A stretch of 60,000 nt of DNA from Squalus acanthias (taxonomy: Eukaryota). Positions 1 through 11,464 of this stretch are shown here, in pieces. The stretch is taken from assembly GCA_030390025.1 (NCBI GenBank), contig CM059432.1, forward strand, positions 124,994,001 through 125,054,000, read 5' to 3'. The position numbers and the translations under genes were made by a program. The first letter of the stretch is position 1; every line of letters starts with the position of its first letter. Under the pieces are notes generated by a model, which was not told the origin of the DNA, ran no database searches, and saw only the letters and a program-made list of their open reading frames with translations.

Positions 1-950
1 CAAGAAATCCAGCCTGCCCAGCTAGTGGTTGACCAACAAGAGGGAGAGGAGACTGAAGAAGATGAAGAAGAAGAAGAAGAAGAAACACCATCACTCAATT
101 TCACACTCCCAGCCACCAGCTCCCCAAGGTCGTCCTGCAAGGCCATTTGAAGTGTCCCCCACTGAAAGTCAGCAGCCTTCCACCAGCCATACTGCAGCCA
201 CTGGGGTAGCACTGCGTGACATCACTAGGGTAGGCAAAGTCACACACAAGACAGTCACTGAGGGAATGCACAAGGGTGATTAGTTGACTTTTTGATGTAA
301 TATTGGATGCATATATGGATAAAGTTGGATTGGAAAATTTGCTTTGTGGTGGCTTGTATTTCAACATTGTGGCCAAGAGGACACTGTGATGGTCAGTAAC
401 AGAGGGAAGGTAAGGTGTGGGACAAATGTTGAAAGGGGAATTGGGGTTGTGTTCACTGGTACTGCAGGCAGATGATTCAAACCTAGATATCCCGGCCAGA
501 AAGGGGCTGTGTTGTTTCCTTCCTTCTGCTTCCTCCTCTTCTCCTTCCTTTGCCCTCTGCGAGCAGCTTGTCCCCTTTGCTGCCTCTGCTCCATCTCCAT
601 GGGATGCTGCAGCCCAAGGGGGACTGCAACTAGAGCCCCCAGGGCTGGGAGCAAGTGGTGTTCTCAGAGGCCTTCCTTTAAGTGCCAAAGCCTTGCAAAC
701 ATCCAGCAGCACTCCCTGCACACTTTAAGAACTTTTTAAATGTATTGCACCAAGCCACTACTCCAATAAAATGTAAAGAAACCAGTCCAAAAGCAGCCTG
801 AAATTTGTGTGTGTCCCTTTAAGAAGTGCTGGCAGCGTCTCTGTTGTACTGCTGCCTGCATGTTCTTCCGTGCATGGTTTGGAGAGGGCGTTATTAAGAG
901 TGACGACATCCAAAATCACAGATTGTGCATCAATTCAGGCGATACAGTAT
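1..950. mobile_element. Fragment of a Harbinger-derived non-autonomous element (second copy at about 12005-12480)
   Basis: Positions 1-500 closely match 12007-12480 (cagcctgcccagctagtggtt...cccactgaaagtcagcagccttccaccagcc). Confidence 0.6.
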
Positions 951-2054
951 TGAATGGATAGCAATATTTGACAGTGATCAGGATGTTTGTGATTGAATGT
1001 GATACCCTGGTCAATTGTTTAATTGACCAGGGTATCACTTTAGATAGTAAAACATAGGTAGAAAAAGTGTTGAGGTCCTTCAGACAGAGTTTCAGGAGCT
1101 AGGAAAAAGGTTAAAAAAAAGGACCTCAAAGGTAGTAATCTCAGGATTACTTCTAGTGCCACGTGCTCGTGAGTATAGAAACAGGAAGATAGCGCAGGTA
1201 AATGCGTGGCTGGAGAAATGGTGCAGGAGGGACAGTTTCAGATTCTTGGGGCATTGGGACTGGTTCTGGGGAAGGGGCACCTGTACAAGATGAACAGGTT
1301 GCACCTGAACAGAGCTCGGACCAATGTTCTCGCTGAGAGGTTAACTAGTGCTTTTGGGGAGGTTTAAACTAGTTTGACAGAGGGAGCAGAACCAGAAAAT
1401 AGCAGAAAGCAACAGAAATGAGATCAGAGGACAGAGATATAAACAGCAGTAAAATTAGAAATATCCCAAAAATTGCAGGGACCAGATTGAGGAAAATAGC
1501 AAAAGTGACGAAGAGGTATTAAATTGTATGTACGTCAACATCTGTAGTGTAACTAATAAGGTTGGTGAGCTGCAGGCACAAATTGCTACATGGGATTACG
1601 ATGTGGTTGCATTAATAGAGACATGGCTCAAACAAGGCCAGGAATGGGTTCTTAATATTCCTGGTTACCAAGTAATTAGGAATGATAGAGAAGGAAAAGG
1701 AGGGGTGCATGGTAGTATTGATTAAGAATTATGTTACAGTAAAAAAGGTTATACTAGATGGTTCTAGGACTGAATCTATTAGGCTTAAGTTGAGGAACAG
1801 AGGAGGAGCTGTTACATTGCTAGGAGTTTTTTTATAGAGCTCCAAACAGTGAGATGGAGATAGATGAGCAAATTTGTTGGCAAATTCCAAAGGTGTGTAA
1901 GAAAAATAGTGTAGTAATATTAGGAGACCTTAATTACCCTAATATAGACTGGGAAAAACATAGTGCTCAGGGTAGGGAAGGAGAGGAATTTCTGATGTGT
2001 ACAGGAGAACTTTCTCGATCAATATGTCTCCAGTCCAACAAGGAAGGAAGCAGT

Positions 2055-3377
2055 AGCAAAATACTGCGGATGCTGGAAATCTGAAATAACAACAGAAAAC
2101 GCTGGAAACACTCAGCAGGCCATGCAGCATCCGTGGAGAGAGAAACAGAGTTAACGTTTCAGGTCTGGGACCCTTCATCAGAACTGGAAAAAGCTGGAGA
2201 TGTAACAGATATTAAGCAGGTGCAGAGACAGGAAGGGGAGGAAGGAATTGAAGGAATATACTGTGCTTAGGTAAAGAGGTAGGAAAGATAAAATGTTGCA
2301 AATGGGAATGACAAAATCATACAGCATGAAAAATAGGGGCAGGGGTTATAGTTTGAAATTGTTCAACTCAATGTTGAGTCCAGAAGGCTGTAAAGTGCCT
2401 AATCGAAAGATGAGGTGCTGTTCCTCGAGCTTACGTTGAGCTTCATTGGAACAATGTAAGAGGCCAAGGACAGAGAGATCAGAGTGGGAGTGGAGCGGAG
2501 AATTAAAGTGACAGGCGACCGGAAACTCAGGGTCACCCTTACGGACTGAACGGAGGTGTTCCGCAAAGCGGTCGCCCAATCTGCATTTGGTCTCCTCAAT
2601 GTAGAGGAGACCGCATCGGGAGCAGCGAATACAGTATACTAAATTGCAAGAAGTACAAGTAAATCGCTGTTTCACCTGGAAGGGGTGTTTGGGGCCCTGG
2701 ACAGTGGGAAGGGAGGAGGTAAAAGGGCAGGTGTTACATCTCCTGCGCTTGTACGGGAAGGTGCCGGGCGAAGGGGAAGGGCTGTTAGGGGTGATTGAGG
2801 AGTGGACCAGGGTGTCACGGAGGGAGCGGTCCCTTCGGAATGCTGAAAGGGGAGGTGAGGGGAAGATGCATTTGGTGGTGGGATCACGTTGGAGGTGGCG
2901 GAAATGGTGGAGGATGATCCGTTGAATGTGGAGGCTGGTGGGGTGAAAGGTGAGGACAAGGGGAACCCTATCGTGGTTCCGGGAGGGACGGGCAGGGGTG
3001 AGGGCAGAAATGCGGGAAATGGAACGGACACGGTCAAGGGCCGTGTCAACCACAGTAGAGGGGAATCCTCGGTTGAGGAAAAAGGAAGACATGTCGGAAG
3101 CACTGGTATGGAAGGTGGCATCGTCAGAACAGACGCGACGGAGAAACTGGGAGAATGGAATAGAGTCCTTACAGGAAGCGGGGTGGGAGGAAGTGTAGTC
3201 CAGGTAGCTGTGGGAGCCAGTGGGTTTGTAGTGGATGTTTGTCAAAAGCCGATCACCAGAAATGGAGACAGAGAAGTCAAGGAAGGGAAGAGACGAGTCG
3301 GAGATGGACCATGTGAAGGTGAGGGAAGGGTGGAAATTGGAAGTAAAGTGAATGAACTTATCTAGTTCAGGGCGAGA
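2055..3377 (-). mobile_element. 5'-truncated Penelope-like element (RT thumb plus GIY-YIG endonuclease)
   Basis: ORF 2346-3245 contains KPT.SHSYL, CNTCP, NLVYCIRCSRCGLLYIEETK..L.DRFAEH and PSGLN. 12-bp TSD GAAGGAAGCAGT at 2043-2054 and 3378-3389. Confidence 0.93.
2149..2185 (-). ncRNA. Minimal type I hammerhead ribozyme in the Penelope terminus
   Basis: Minus strand reads AGTT-CTGATGA-AG-GGTC-CCA-GACC-T-GAAA-CG-TT-AACT: catalytic cores, stem I AGTT/AACT, stem II GGTC/GACC and palindromic AACGTT stem III. Confidence 0.8.
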
Positions 3378-5696
3378 GAAGGAAGCAGTGTTGGATCTGG
3401 TTCTGGGAAATTAAGTAGGGCAAGTGGACCGTATTATAGTAGATCATCATCTAGTTAATAGTGACCACAACATAATTGGTTTAGAGTAATTATGGAAAGA
3501 GACCAGAAAATATTGAAGGTAAAAATGCTCAACTGGGGAAGAGACCTAGCACAGGTAGATTGGGAAAAGGCGATTGCAAGGTAAAGCAGTAACAGAGCAA
3601 TGCAAGGCATTCAGGGAAGAGATAGTTCAGGTAAAAATTAGGCATATTCCTTAGAAGGGAAAAGATAGAGCATCCAAAGCTAATGCGCCCTGGTGACAAA
3701 GGAAACATAAGTTAAAATAAAACAGAAAGAGGAGGCTTATGACAAATGTCATGAGCAAGAATCAATTAATAACCAGGAAGATTACAGGAGAGAATTGAAA
3801 AAGTTAATACGGGAGGCAAAGAGAGGTTACAAGAAAAGATTAGCAGGCAACATTAAATTGAACCCTAAAACATTTTATAAACAAAGTGGAAGAGGTTAGC
3901 TGGAGAAAGAGTTGGGCCTATTAAGGACCCAAAGGGAAAGCTTCATGTAGAGGCAGAAAACATGGCTAAAATATTAAATGAATACTTTGCATCTGTCTTC
4001 GCAGAGGAAGTGGATGATGTGAAGGTTACACTAATAGAGGAGAGGGAAGGTACAGACAGGATAGTAATAGATAGAGAAAACGTACTAAAAAGATTAGCAT
4101 TACTGAAAGTTGGTAAATCACCTAGTCCAGATGAAATGCATCTTAGATTGCTAAAAGAAGCAAAGGTAGAAATAGCAGAGGCATTTGTCACAATCTTTCA
4201 GTCCTTACTGGATACAGGAGTAGTGCCAGAGGAGTGGAGGGTTGCTAATGTTATACCACTATTCAAGAAAGGGGAGAGGGATAAACCAGGAAACTACAGG
4301 CTAGACAGCCTAACATCGGTGGTGGGGAAGTTATTAGAAACCATTATCAGGGACAAGATAAACTTTCATTTGGAAAGGCATGGGTTAATCAAGGAGAGCC
4401 AGCATGAATTTGTTAATGGTAAATCTTGTCTGACCAACTTGATTGAATGAGGTAACAGAGAAGGTTGATCAAGGTAGTGCAGTAGATGTTGTATATATGG
4501 ACTTTCGGAAGGCATTCGACAAAGTGCCACACAGAAGGCTTATTAAGAAGATGGAAGCCCATGGAATTAAGGGGAACGTGGATACAAAATTGGCTTAGTG
4601 ACAGGAAGCAGCGGATGGTGGTGGATGGATGTTTTTCAGACTGGGAGGTGGTTTGCAGTGGTGTTTCCCCAGGGTCAGTTTTGGATCCATTACTCTTTTC
4701 AATTTTTATAAACGCCCTAGACTCAGGTACAGGGAGCAGCATTATAAAGCTTGCAGCTGATACGAAACTTGGCAAAGTAGTAGATCATGATGAGGATAGT
4801 TATAGACTTCAGGATGACAGAGACAGGATGGTGAAGTGGGCAGAAGCCTAGCAAATCGAGTTCAATGTGGAGAAGTGTGAAGTGATGCACTTTGGGAAGA
4901 CTAATATGGAAAGATAGTATACTATAAATGGCACAATTCTGAAAAGTGTAGATCAGCAGAGAGACCTTGGTGTCCATATACACAAATCCTTAAAGGTGGC
5001 AATCCAAGCTGATAAAGTGGTTAAAAAAGCATATGGGTTACTTGGGTTTATAATTAGAGGAATAGAATATAAAAGCAAAGAGATCATGCTGGAACTTTAT
5101 AAATCAGTGGTTAGGCCTCAGCTGGAGTATTGGGGACAATTCTGGGCACCACACTTCAGGAAAGATGTAAAGGCCTTAGAAAAGGTACAGAGGAGGTTGA
5201 GCAGCCTGTTACCAAGGATGAAGGACTTCAGTTATGGAGGAGAGGTTGGAAAAGTTAGGACTGTTCTCCTTAGAACAGAGAAGGTTAAGATGTGACCTGA
5301 TGGAGGTTTTCAAGATGATGAGAGGTTTTGGTAGAGTGGATAGAGAAAAACTAATCCTTCTGGTGAGTGGGTCAATAACCAGAGGTCATAGATTCAAAAT
5401 CATTGGCAAAGGATCTAGACGGGAGATGAGGAGAATTTTTTTCACTCCGGGAGTTGTCAGGATCTGGAACGCTCTGCCTGAAAAGGTGGTGGAAGCTGAT
5501 TCCATAAATAATTTTAAAAGGGAGTTGGACAAGTACCTGAGGATGAGGAACTTACCGGGTTATGGACAAAAAGCAGGACTAAGCGTGACTGCTTTTTCAA
5601 AGAGCCCGCACAGGCACGACGGCCTCCCTTCTGTGCTGTGAGTTTCAATGATTCTATGATTCTAGATAATCCACTGTGCTTGCCGCAGAAACTCAC

Positions 5697-5800
5697 ACCT
5701 TCTGGAGCCCCTTGCAACCAACCTGCTTGGTCCAAGCTATGAACTTTCTGTTGAAGAATACTTGGTGTAACCTTGAGTGTTAACCATTTAAATCCTGTTT
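5697..5800 (-). CDS. Candidate RGS22 exon (TGFKWLTLKVTPSILQQKVHSLDQAGWLQGAPEG)
   Basis: ttttttattgctag acceptor and gtgagt donor. Open in phase 1, so compatible only with the upstream donor after 5928. No recognised homology. Confidence 0.35.
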
Positions 5801-5920
5801 CTAGCAATAAAAAATATAAGTAAAAAATCCAACACAGGCAAAAATGTATTTTTGCCACCAAGTCACTCCACTAAACTAGCGACAAGCCATTTCCCCATAT
5901 AGCATGGCATATGAACTTAC

Positions 5921-6048
5921 TCCTTACTCTCCTGGTTGCTGAGAGGGGTGTCGAAGGTGATCCCAGTGCAACACTTCTTCAGCGACTGTCTATTTTGCGG
6001 AACTTTTCTTTGGGATTGGTGAGGTTTGCAAGTCTGCGCTGGGCCTTT
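5921..6048 (-). CDS. RGS22: Candidate next RGS22 exon (KGPAQTCKPHQSQRKV...NQESK); alternative donor after 5928
   Basis: ctatttctattcgttaacag acceptor; the frame is open only in phase 0, matching the previous exon. Two tandem donors (gtaagg, gtaagt). Low sequence conservation. Confidence 0.55.
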
Positions 6049-7644
6049 CTGTTAACGAATAGAAATAGAGATTAACAGAAATCTAATTTAGATGTCTGAA
6101 GGCAGTGCTACTATATTATACACCACATAGGCTCTGCCAAATGGGTTTCTTCAGCTCTCATCTGGAGTAGATTCCGCGTTTTGTTTTCTTTCTCTCTCTT
6201 ATTTCAGTACTTCTTAATACATTTTTTTTATTCCTATCATTATGATAATATTGTCCTTGAATTTCCTCGCTGTCTGTAGTGCTGTTATAGTGAATGAAAA
6301 TAACACCATTCACCAGCAGGAGTAGCACGGAAATTTACTGGGTAAGTTCATTTGCCTATGAAGTGGCATTAGTTGTGGCATAATAACATTGCAAAGTTGT
6401 TGTGAGCAGTGTAGGCTCCAGGAAATTTCAGTGCAAAAGACAGCACTCTTCATCAGAGCACTTGGGGATAGCAAGGGGAGGCTGCGGAGATTCTTTCCTT
6501 GACCCCTTTTTATTTGATCCACCCAGGGCGTCTCCCAACTTCAGCTGGAGTGCCCTTTGCCAGATGCCTGACCAGTCACAGGCCAGCAGTGCCCAGGGGG
6601 CACCGTGAGAGGGCAGCAAGACACTGAAGGGCTGTGCATTTTTCACACAAACAGCCATGGATGGCAAAAGAGGTAAGGGACAACATTAAACTAAAAGAAA
6701 AGCACACAAAAATGCAAAAAATAGCACAGATTCTGGCGTCTGGGACCGATACAAAGAACAACAAAAGGTGACAAAACAGATAGTAACAGCTACAAAAAGG
6801 GAGTATGAAAAGAAACTTGCAAGGGATATCAACATCAACACAAAAACGTTACAATTATATTAGGAAAAAGAGGGTGGTCAGGAGCAGTGTGGGCCCCTAG
6901 AAAACTGATAACGGTGATATTGTAAATGAAAATTAGGAAATGGTGGACATGTTGAATAGTTACTTTGCATCAGTATTTATAGTAGAGGAACAGGATTGCA
7001 TGCCGGACATCCCAAGGAAACTATTGACTCAGGGACGGGGACTCACCAAAATTAACGTAAGCCAAATAACAGTAATGAAGAAAATAATGACACTAAAGAG
7101 TGACAAATCCCCAAGACCAGATGGTTTCCATCCCAGGGTTTTAAAGGAAATAGTTGAGAACATTGCAAATGTTCTAACTATAATCTTCCAAAGTTCTCTC
7201 GATTCAGGAACCGTTCCTTCAGATTGGAAAATTGCACGTCACTCCACTATTTAAGAAAGGTGAGAGAGGGAAACCAGGGGATTATAGACCAGTTAGCCTA
7301 ACATATGTTGTCAGGAAACTACTAGAGACTATAAGTAAGGATAGAGTGACTGAACACCTTGAACATTTTCAGCTGATCAGAGAGAGCCAGCATGGATTTG
7401 TAAAGGTAGGTCATGCCTAACAAACCTGATGAATTTTTTGAAGCGGTGACTAAAGTAGTGGACAGGGGAATGTCTATGGATGTTATTTATATGCACTTCC
7501 AGAAGGCATTCGATAAGGTCCCTCATAAGAGACTGTTAGTTAAAGTTGAAGCTCATGGAATTGAAGGCAAATTATTGACCAGGTTAGGAAATTGGCTGAG
7601 CGGCAGGAGACAGAGAGTAGGGATAACAGGCAAGATTCAAAAAT

Positions 7645-10127
7645 AAAAATTAGTTTAAGAGATGTGGGCGTCGCTGGCAAGGCCAGCATTTATTGCCCAT
7701 CCCTAATTGCCCTTGAGAAGGTGGTGGTGAGCTGCCTTCTTGAACCGCTGCAGTCCGTGTGGTGAAGGTACTCCCACAGTGCTGTTAGGTAGGAAGTTCC
7801 AGGATTTTGACCCAGCGATGATGAAGGATCGGCGATATACTTCTAAGTCAGGAAGGTGCGAGACTTGGAGGGGAACTTGGAGGTGGTGGTGTTCCCATGC
7901 GCCTGCTGCCTGCTGTCCTTGTCCTTCTAGGTGGAAGAGGTCACGGGTTTGGGAGGTGCTGCCGAAGAAGCCTTGGCGAGTTGCTGCAGTGTATCTTGTA
8001 GATAGTACACACTGCAGCCACGGTACGCCGGTGGTGGAGGGAGTGAATGTTTAAGATGGTGGATGGGGTGCCAATCAAGCGGGCTGCTTTGTCCTGGATG
8101 GTGTCGAGCTTCTTGAGTGTTGTTGGAGCTGCACTCATCCAGGCAATTGGAAAGAATTCCATCACACTCCTTACTTGTGCCTTGTAGATGGTGGAAAGGC
8201 TTTGGGGAGTCAGGAGGTGAGACACTCGCTGCAGAATACCTAGTCTCTGACCTGCTCTTGTTGCCACAGTATTTATGTGGCTGGTCCAGTTAAGTTTCTG
8301 GTCAATGGTGACCCCCAGGATATTGATGGTGGGGAATTTGGCGATGGTAATGCCATTGAATGTCAAGGGGCGGTGGTTAGACTCTCGCTTGTTGGAGATA
8401 GTCATTGCCTGGCACTTCTGTGGCACGAATGTTACCTGCCACTTATCAGCCCAAGCCTGAACGTTGTCCAGGTCTTGTTGCATGGACTGCTTCATTATCT
8501 GAGGTGTGAATGGCACTGAACACTGTGTAGTCATCAGCGAACATCCCCAATTTCTGACCTTATGTTGGAGGGAAGGTCATTGATGAAGCAGCTGAAGATG
8601 GCTGGGCCTAGAGGAACTCCTGCAGCGATGTCCTGGAGCTGTGATGATTGACCTTCAACCAGCACAACCATCTTCCTTTGTGCTAGGTATGACTCCAGCC
8701 AGTGGAGACTTTTCCCCCTGATTCCAGTTTTACTAGGGCTCCTTGATGCCACACTCGGTCAAATGCTGCCTTGATGTCTAGGGCAGTCACTCTCACCTCA
8801 CCTCTGGAATTCAGCTCCTTTGTCCATGTTTGGACCAAAGCTGTGATGAGGTCGGGAGCCAAGTGGTCTTGGCGGAACCCAAACTGGGCATCAGTGAGCA
8901 GGTTATTGGTGAGTAAGTGCCGTTTGATAGCACTGTCGATGACACCTTCCATCCCTTTGCTGATGATTGAGAGTAGACTGATGGGGCGGTAATTGGCCGG
9001 ATTGGATTTTTCCTGCTTTTTGTGGACAGGACATACCTGGGCAGTTGTCGGATAGTTGCCAGTGTTGTAGCTGTACTGGAACAGCTTGGCTAGAGGCGCA
9101 GCTAGTTCTGCAGCACAAGAGTGGGGATGTTGTCGGGGCCCATAGCCTTTGTTGTATCCAGTGCGCTCAGCTGTTTCTTGATATCACGTGGAGTGAATCG
9201 AATTGGCTGAAGACTGGCTTCTGTGATGGTGGGGACCTCAGGAGGAGCCCGATATGGATCATCCACTCGGCACTTCTGGCTGAAGATAGTTGCAAACGCT
9301 TCAGCATTGTCTTTTGCACTCACATGCTGGGCTCCATCATCATTGAGGATGGGGATATTCATGGAGCCTCCTCCTCCCGTTAGTTGTATTAATGGTCCAC
9401 CACCATTCACGATTGGATGTTGCAGGACTGCAGAGCTTTGATCTGATCCATTGATTGTGGGATTGCTTAGCCTGTCTATAGCATGCTGCTTCCGCTTTTT
9501 AGCATGCATGTAGTCCTGTGTTGCAGCTTCCCAAGGTTGGCACCACATTTTTAGGTACGCCTGGTGCTACTCCTGGCATGTTCTTCTACACTCCTTATTG
9601 AACCAGGGTTGGTCCCCTGGTAATGGTAGAGTGAGGGATATGCCAGTGCCTGAGGTTACAGATTGTGGTGGAATACAATTCTGCTGCTGCTGATGGCCCA
9701 CAGCACCTCATGGATGCCCAGTTTTGAGCTGCTAGATCTGTTCTGAATCTCTCCCATTTAGCACGGTGGTAGCGCCACACAACATGATGGAGGGTGTCCT
9801 CAGTGTGAAGACGGGACTTCATCTCCACAATGACTGTGCGGTGGGCACTGCTACCAATACTGTCATGGACAGATGCATCTGCGACAGGTAGATTGGTGAG
9901 TACATTCTGTGCCCTTGCTACTCTCAGTGCTTCTTCCAAGTGGTGTTCAACATGGAGGAGTACTGATTCATCAGTTGAGGGAGGGTGGTAGGTGGTAATC
10001 AGCAGGAGGTTTCCTTGCCCATGTTTGACCTGAAGCCATGAGACTTCATGGGGTCCGAAGTCAATGTTGAGTTGTCCGGAGTCCCAGGGCCACTCCTTCC
10101 CGACTGTATACCACTGTGCCGCCACCA
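7645..10127 (-). mobile_element. Degenerate CR1/L2-group LINE ORF2 (APE plus RT)
   Basis: Fragments LITTYHPPS, KAMGPDNIP, ALDIKAAFDRVWHQG, WADKWQVTF and YKAQVRSVME. Same family as 51715-54600. Confidence 0.9.
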
Positions 10128-10315
10128 GGCAAGGACAGCAGATTTCCTTCCCTAAAGGACATTAATGATACTAGCTTTTTATTCCAGATTTATTTAATTA
10201 ACTGAATTTAAATTCTCCAGCTGCCGTGGTGGGATTTGAACTCACGTCTCTGGATCATTAGTCCAGGCTTCTGGATTACTAGCCCAGTGACAATACCACT
10301 ATGCTACCGTTCCCT
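10128..10315 (-). mobile_element. 5' half of a tRNA-derived SINE joined to the LINE body
   Basis: Minus strand ggtagcatagtgg...gagttcaaatcccaccacggcagc (A/B boxes) ...ctttagggaaggaaatctgctgtcctt. Matches the head of the SINE at 42078-42475. Confidence 0.75.
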
Positions 10316-11261
10316 GGATGTGACTAGTGATGTCCCATCGGGATCTGCGTTGGGGCCTCAACTACTTACCGTATTTATTAACGACTTAGATGATGGGATA
10401 GAGAGCCACATATCCAAGTTTGCCGATGACAAAGATAGGCGGCATTGTAAGCAGTGTAGGTAGAAGCATAAAATTACAAAGAGATATTAATAGATTAAGT
10501 GAATGGGCAAAACTGTGGCAAATGGATTTCAATGTAAGCAAGTGTGAGGTCATCCACCTTGGACCTAAAAAGGATAGAGCAGGGTACTTTCTGAATGGTG
10601 AAAGGCTAGAAACAGTGGAGGTCCATGTACATAGATCATTATAATGTCATGGACAGGTACAGAAAATAATCAAAAAGGATAATGGAATGCTGCCCTTTCT
10701 ATCTAGAGAACTAGAATATAAGGGGGTAGAAGTTAGCCTGGAGTACTGTGTTCAGTTCTGGCCAACTCACCTTAAGAAGGATATATTGGCCTTGGAAAAC
10801 GTGCAGCGTAGATTTACCAGAATGATACCTGGACTCCAAGGGTTAAACTATCAGGAGAGATTACAAAAACTAGGGTTGTATTCCATGGAATTTAAAAGGT
10901 TAAGGGGTGATTCTATCAACGTTTTCAAGATATTAAGGGGAACTGATAGGGTAGATAGAGAGAAACTATTTCTGCTGGTTGGGGAGTCTAAGACTAGGGG
11001 ACATAGCCTAAAAATAGAGCCAGATTTTTCAGGAGTGAAGTTAGGAAACACATTTACAGGCAAAGGGTGGCAGAAGTTTGGAACTCTCTTCTGCAAACTG
11101 CAGTTGATGCTAGGTCAATTGTTAATTTTTGCTAACCAAAGATATTAAGCAATATGGGGCAAAGGCAGGTATATGGAGTTAGGTCACAGATCAGCCATGA
11201 TCTCGTTGCATGGCCGAACAGGCTCGAGGGTTTGAACAGCCTACTCCTGTTCCTATATTCC

Positions 11262-11446
11262 TGTGCAAGCTATCCAGGAAGAGTTGGCAAACACAGGGCG
11301 ACAGACTCCTAGATGTGCCAGGCAGCAAGCCATCCAGGAATAACAGCCTTGCCACCTGGCGAAGGGTGGCCAGGGCACTCAATACCAACTCCCTCACACC
11401 GAGGACTGCACAGCAATGCTGGAAGAAGTTCAACTGCTTGACCAGG
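11262..11446 (+). pseudogene. Harbinger Myb/SANT-like DNA-binding protein remnant
   Basis: WRRVARALNTNSLTPRTAQQCWKKFNCLTR is a Myb_DNA-bind/MSANTD-type motif, followed by a gttagg donor. Confidence 0.7.
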
Positions 11447-11464
11447 TTAGGTCCAAAACACTTT

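Larger units (their letters stand above)
1040..5655 (+). mobile_element. Degenerate, near full-length CR1 LINE (ORF1 C-terminus, APE endonuclease, RT), interrupted by a Penelope element
   Basis: Fragments MYVNICSVTNK..DVVALIETWL, VILGDLNYPNIDW, FKKGERDKPGNYR, GSVLDPLLF, RPQLEY, RGH.FK; short-repeat tail (attctatg). Many stops and frameshifts. Confidence 0.92.
6710..11255 (+). mobile_element. Degenerate CR1 LINE ORF2, split by a minus-strand insertion at about 7640-10315
   Basis: LNSYFASVF, KSPRPDGFHP, YRPVSLT and [10 protein letters not shown] on the left; SKFADD, WQMDFN and LEYCVQFW on the right; CR1 3' tail ctcctgttcctat. Confidence 0.9.

Noticed and set aside
101..739. Overlapping ORFs of up to 206 aa (also at 12333-12868)
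   Set aside because: They lie within a duplicated transposon-derived segment, and the frames are not conserved between the two copies.
2889..3365. Plus-strand ORFs over the Penelope element, and similar antisense ORFs over LINEs
   Set aside because: Shadow frames of retroelement coding sequence.
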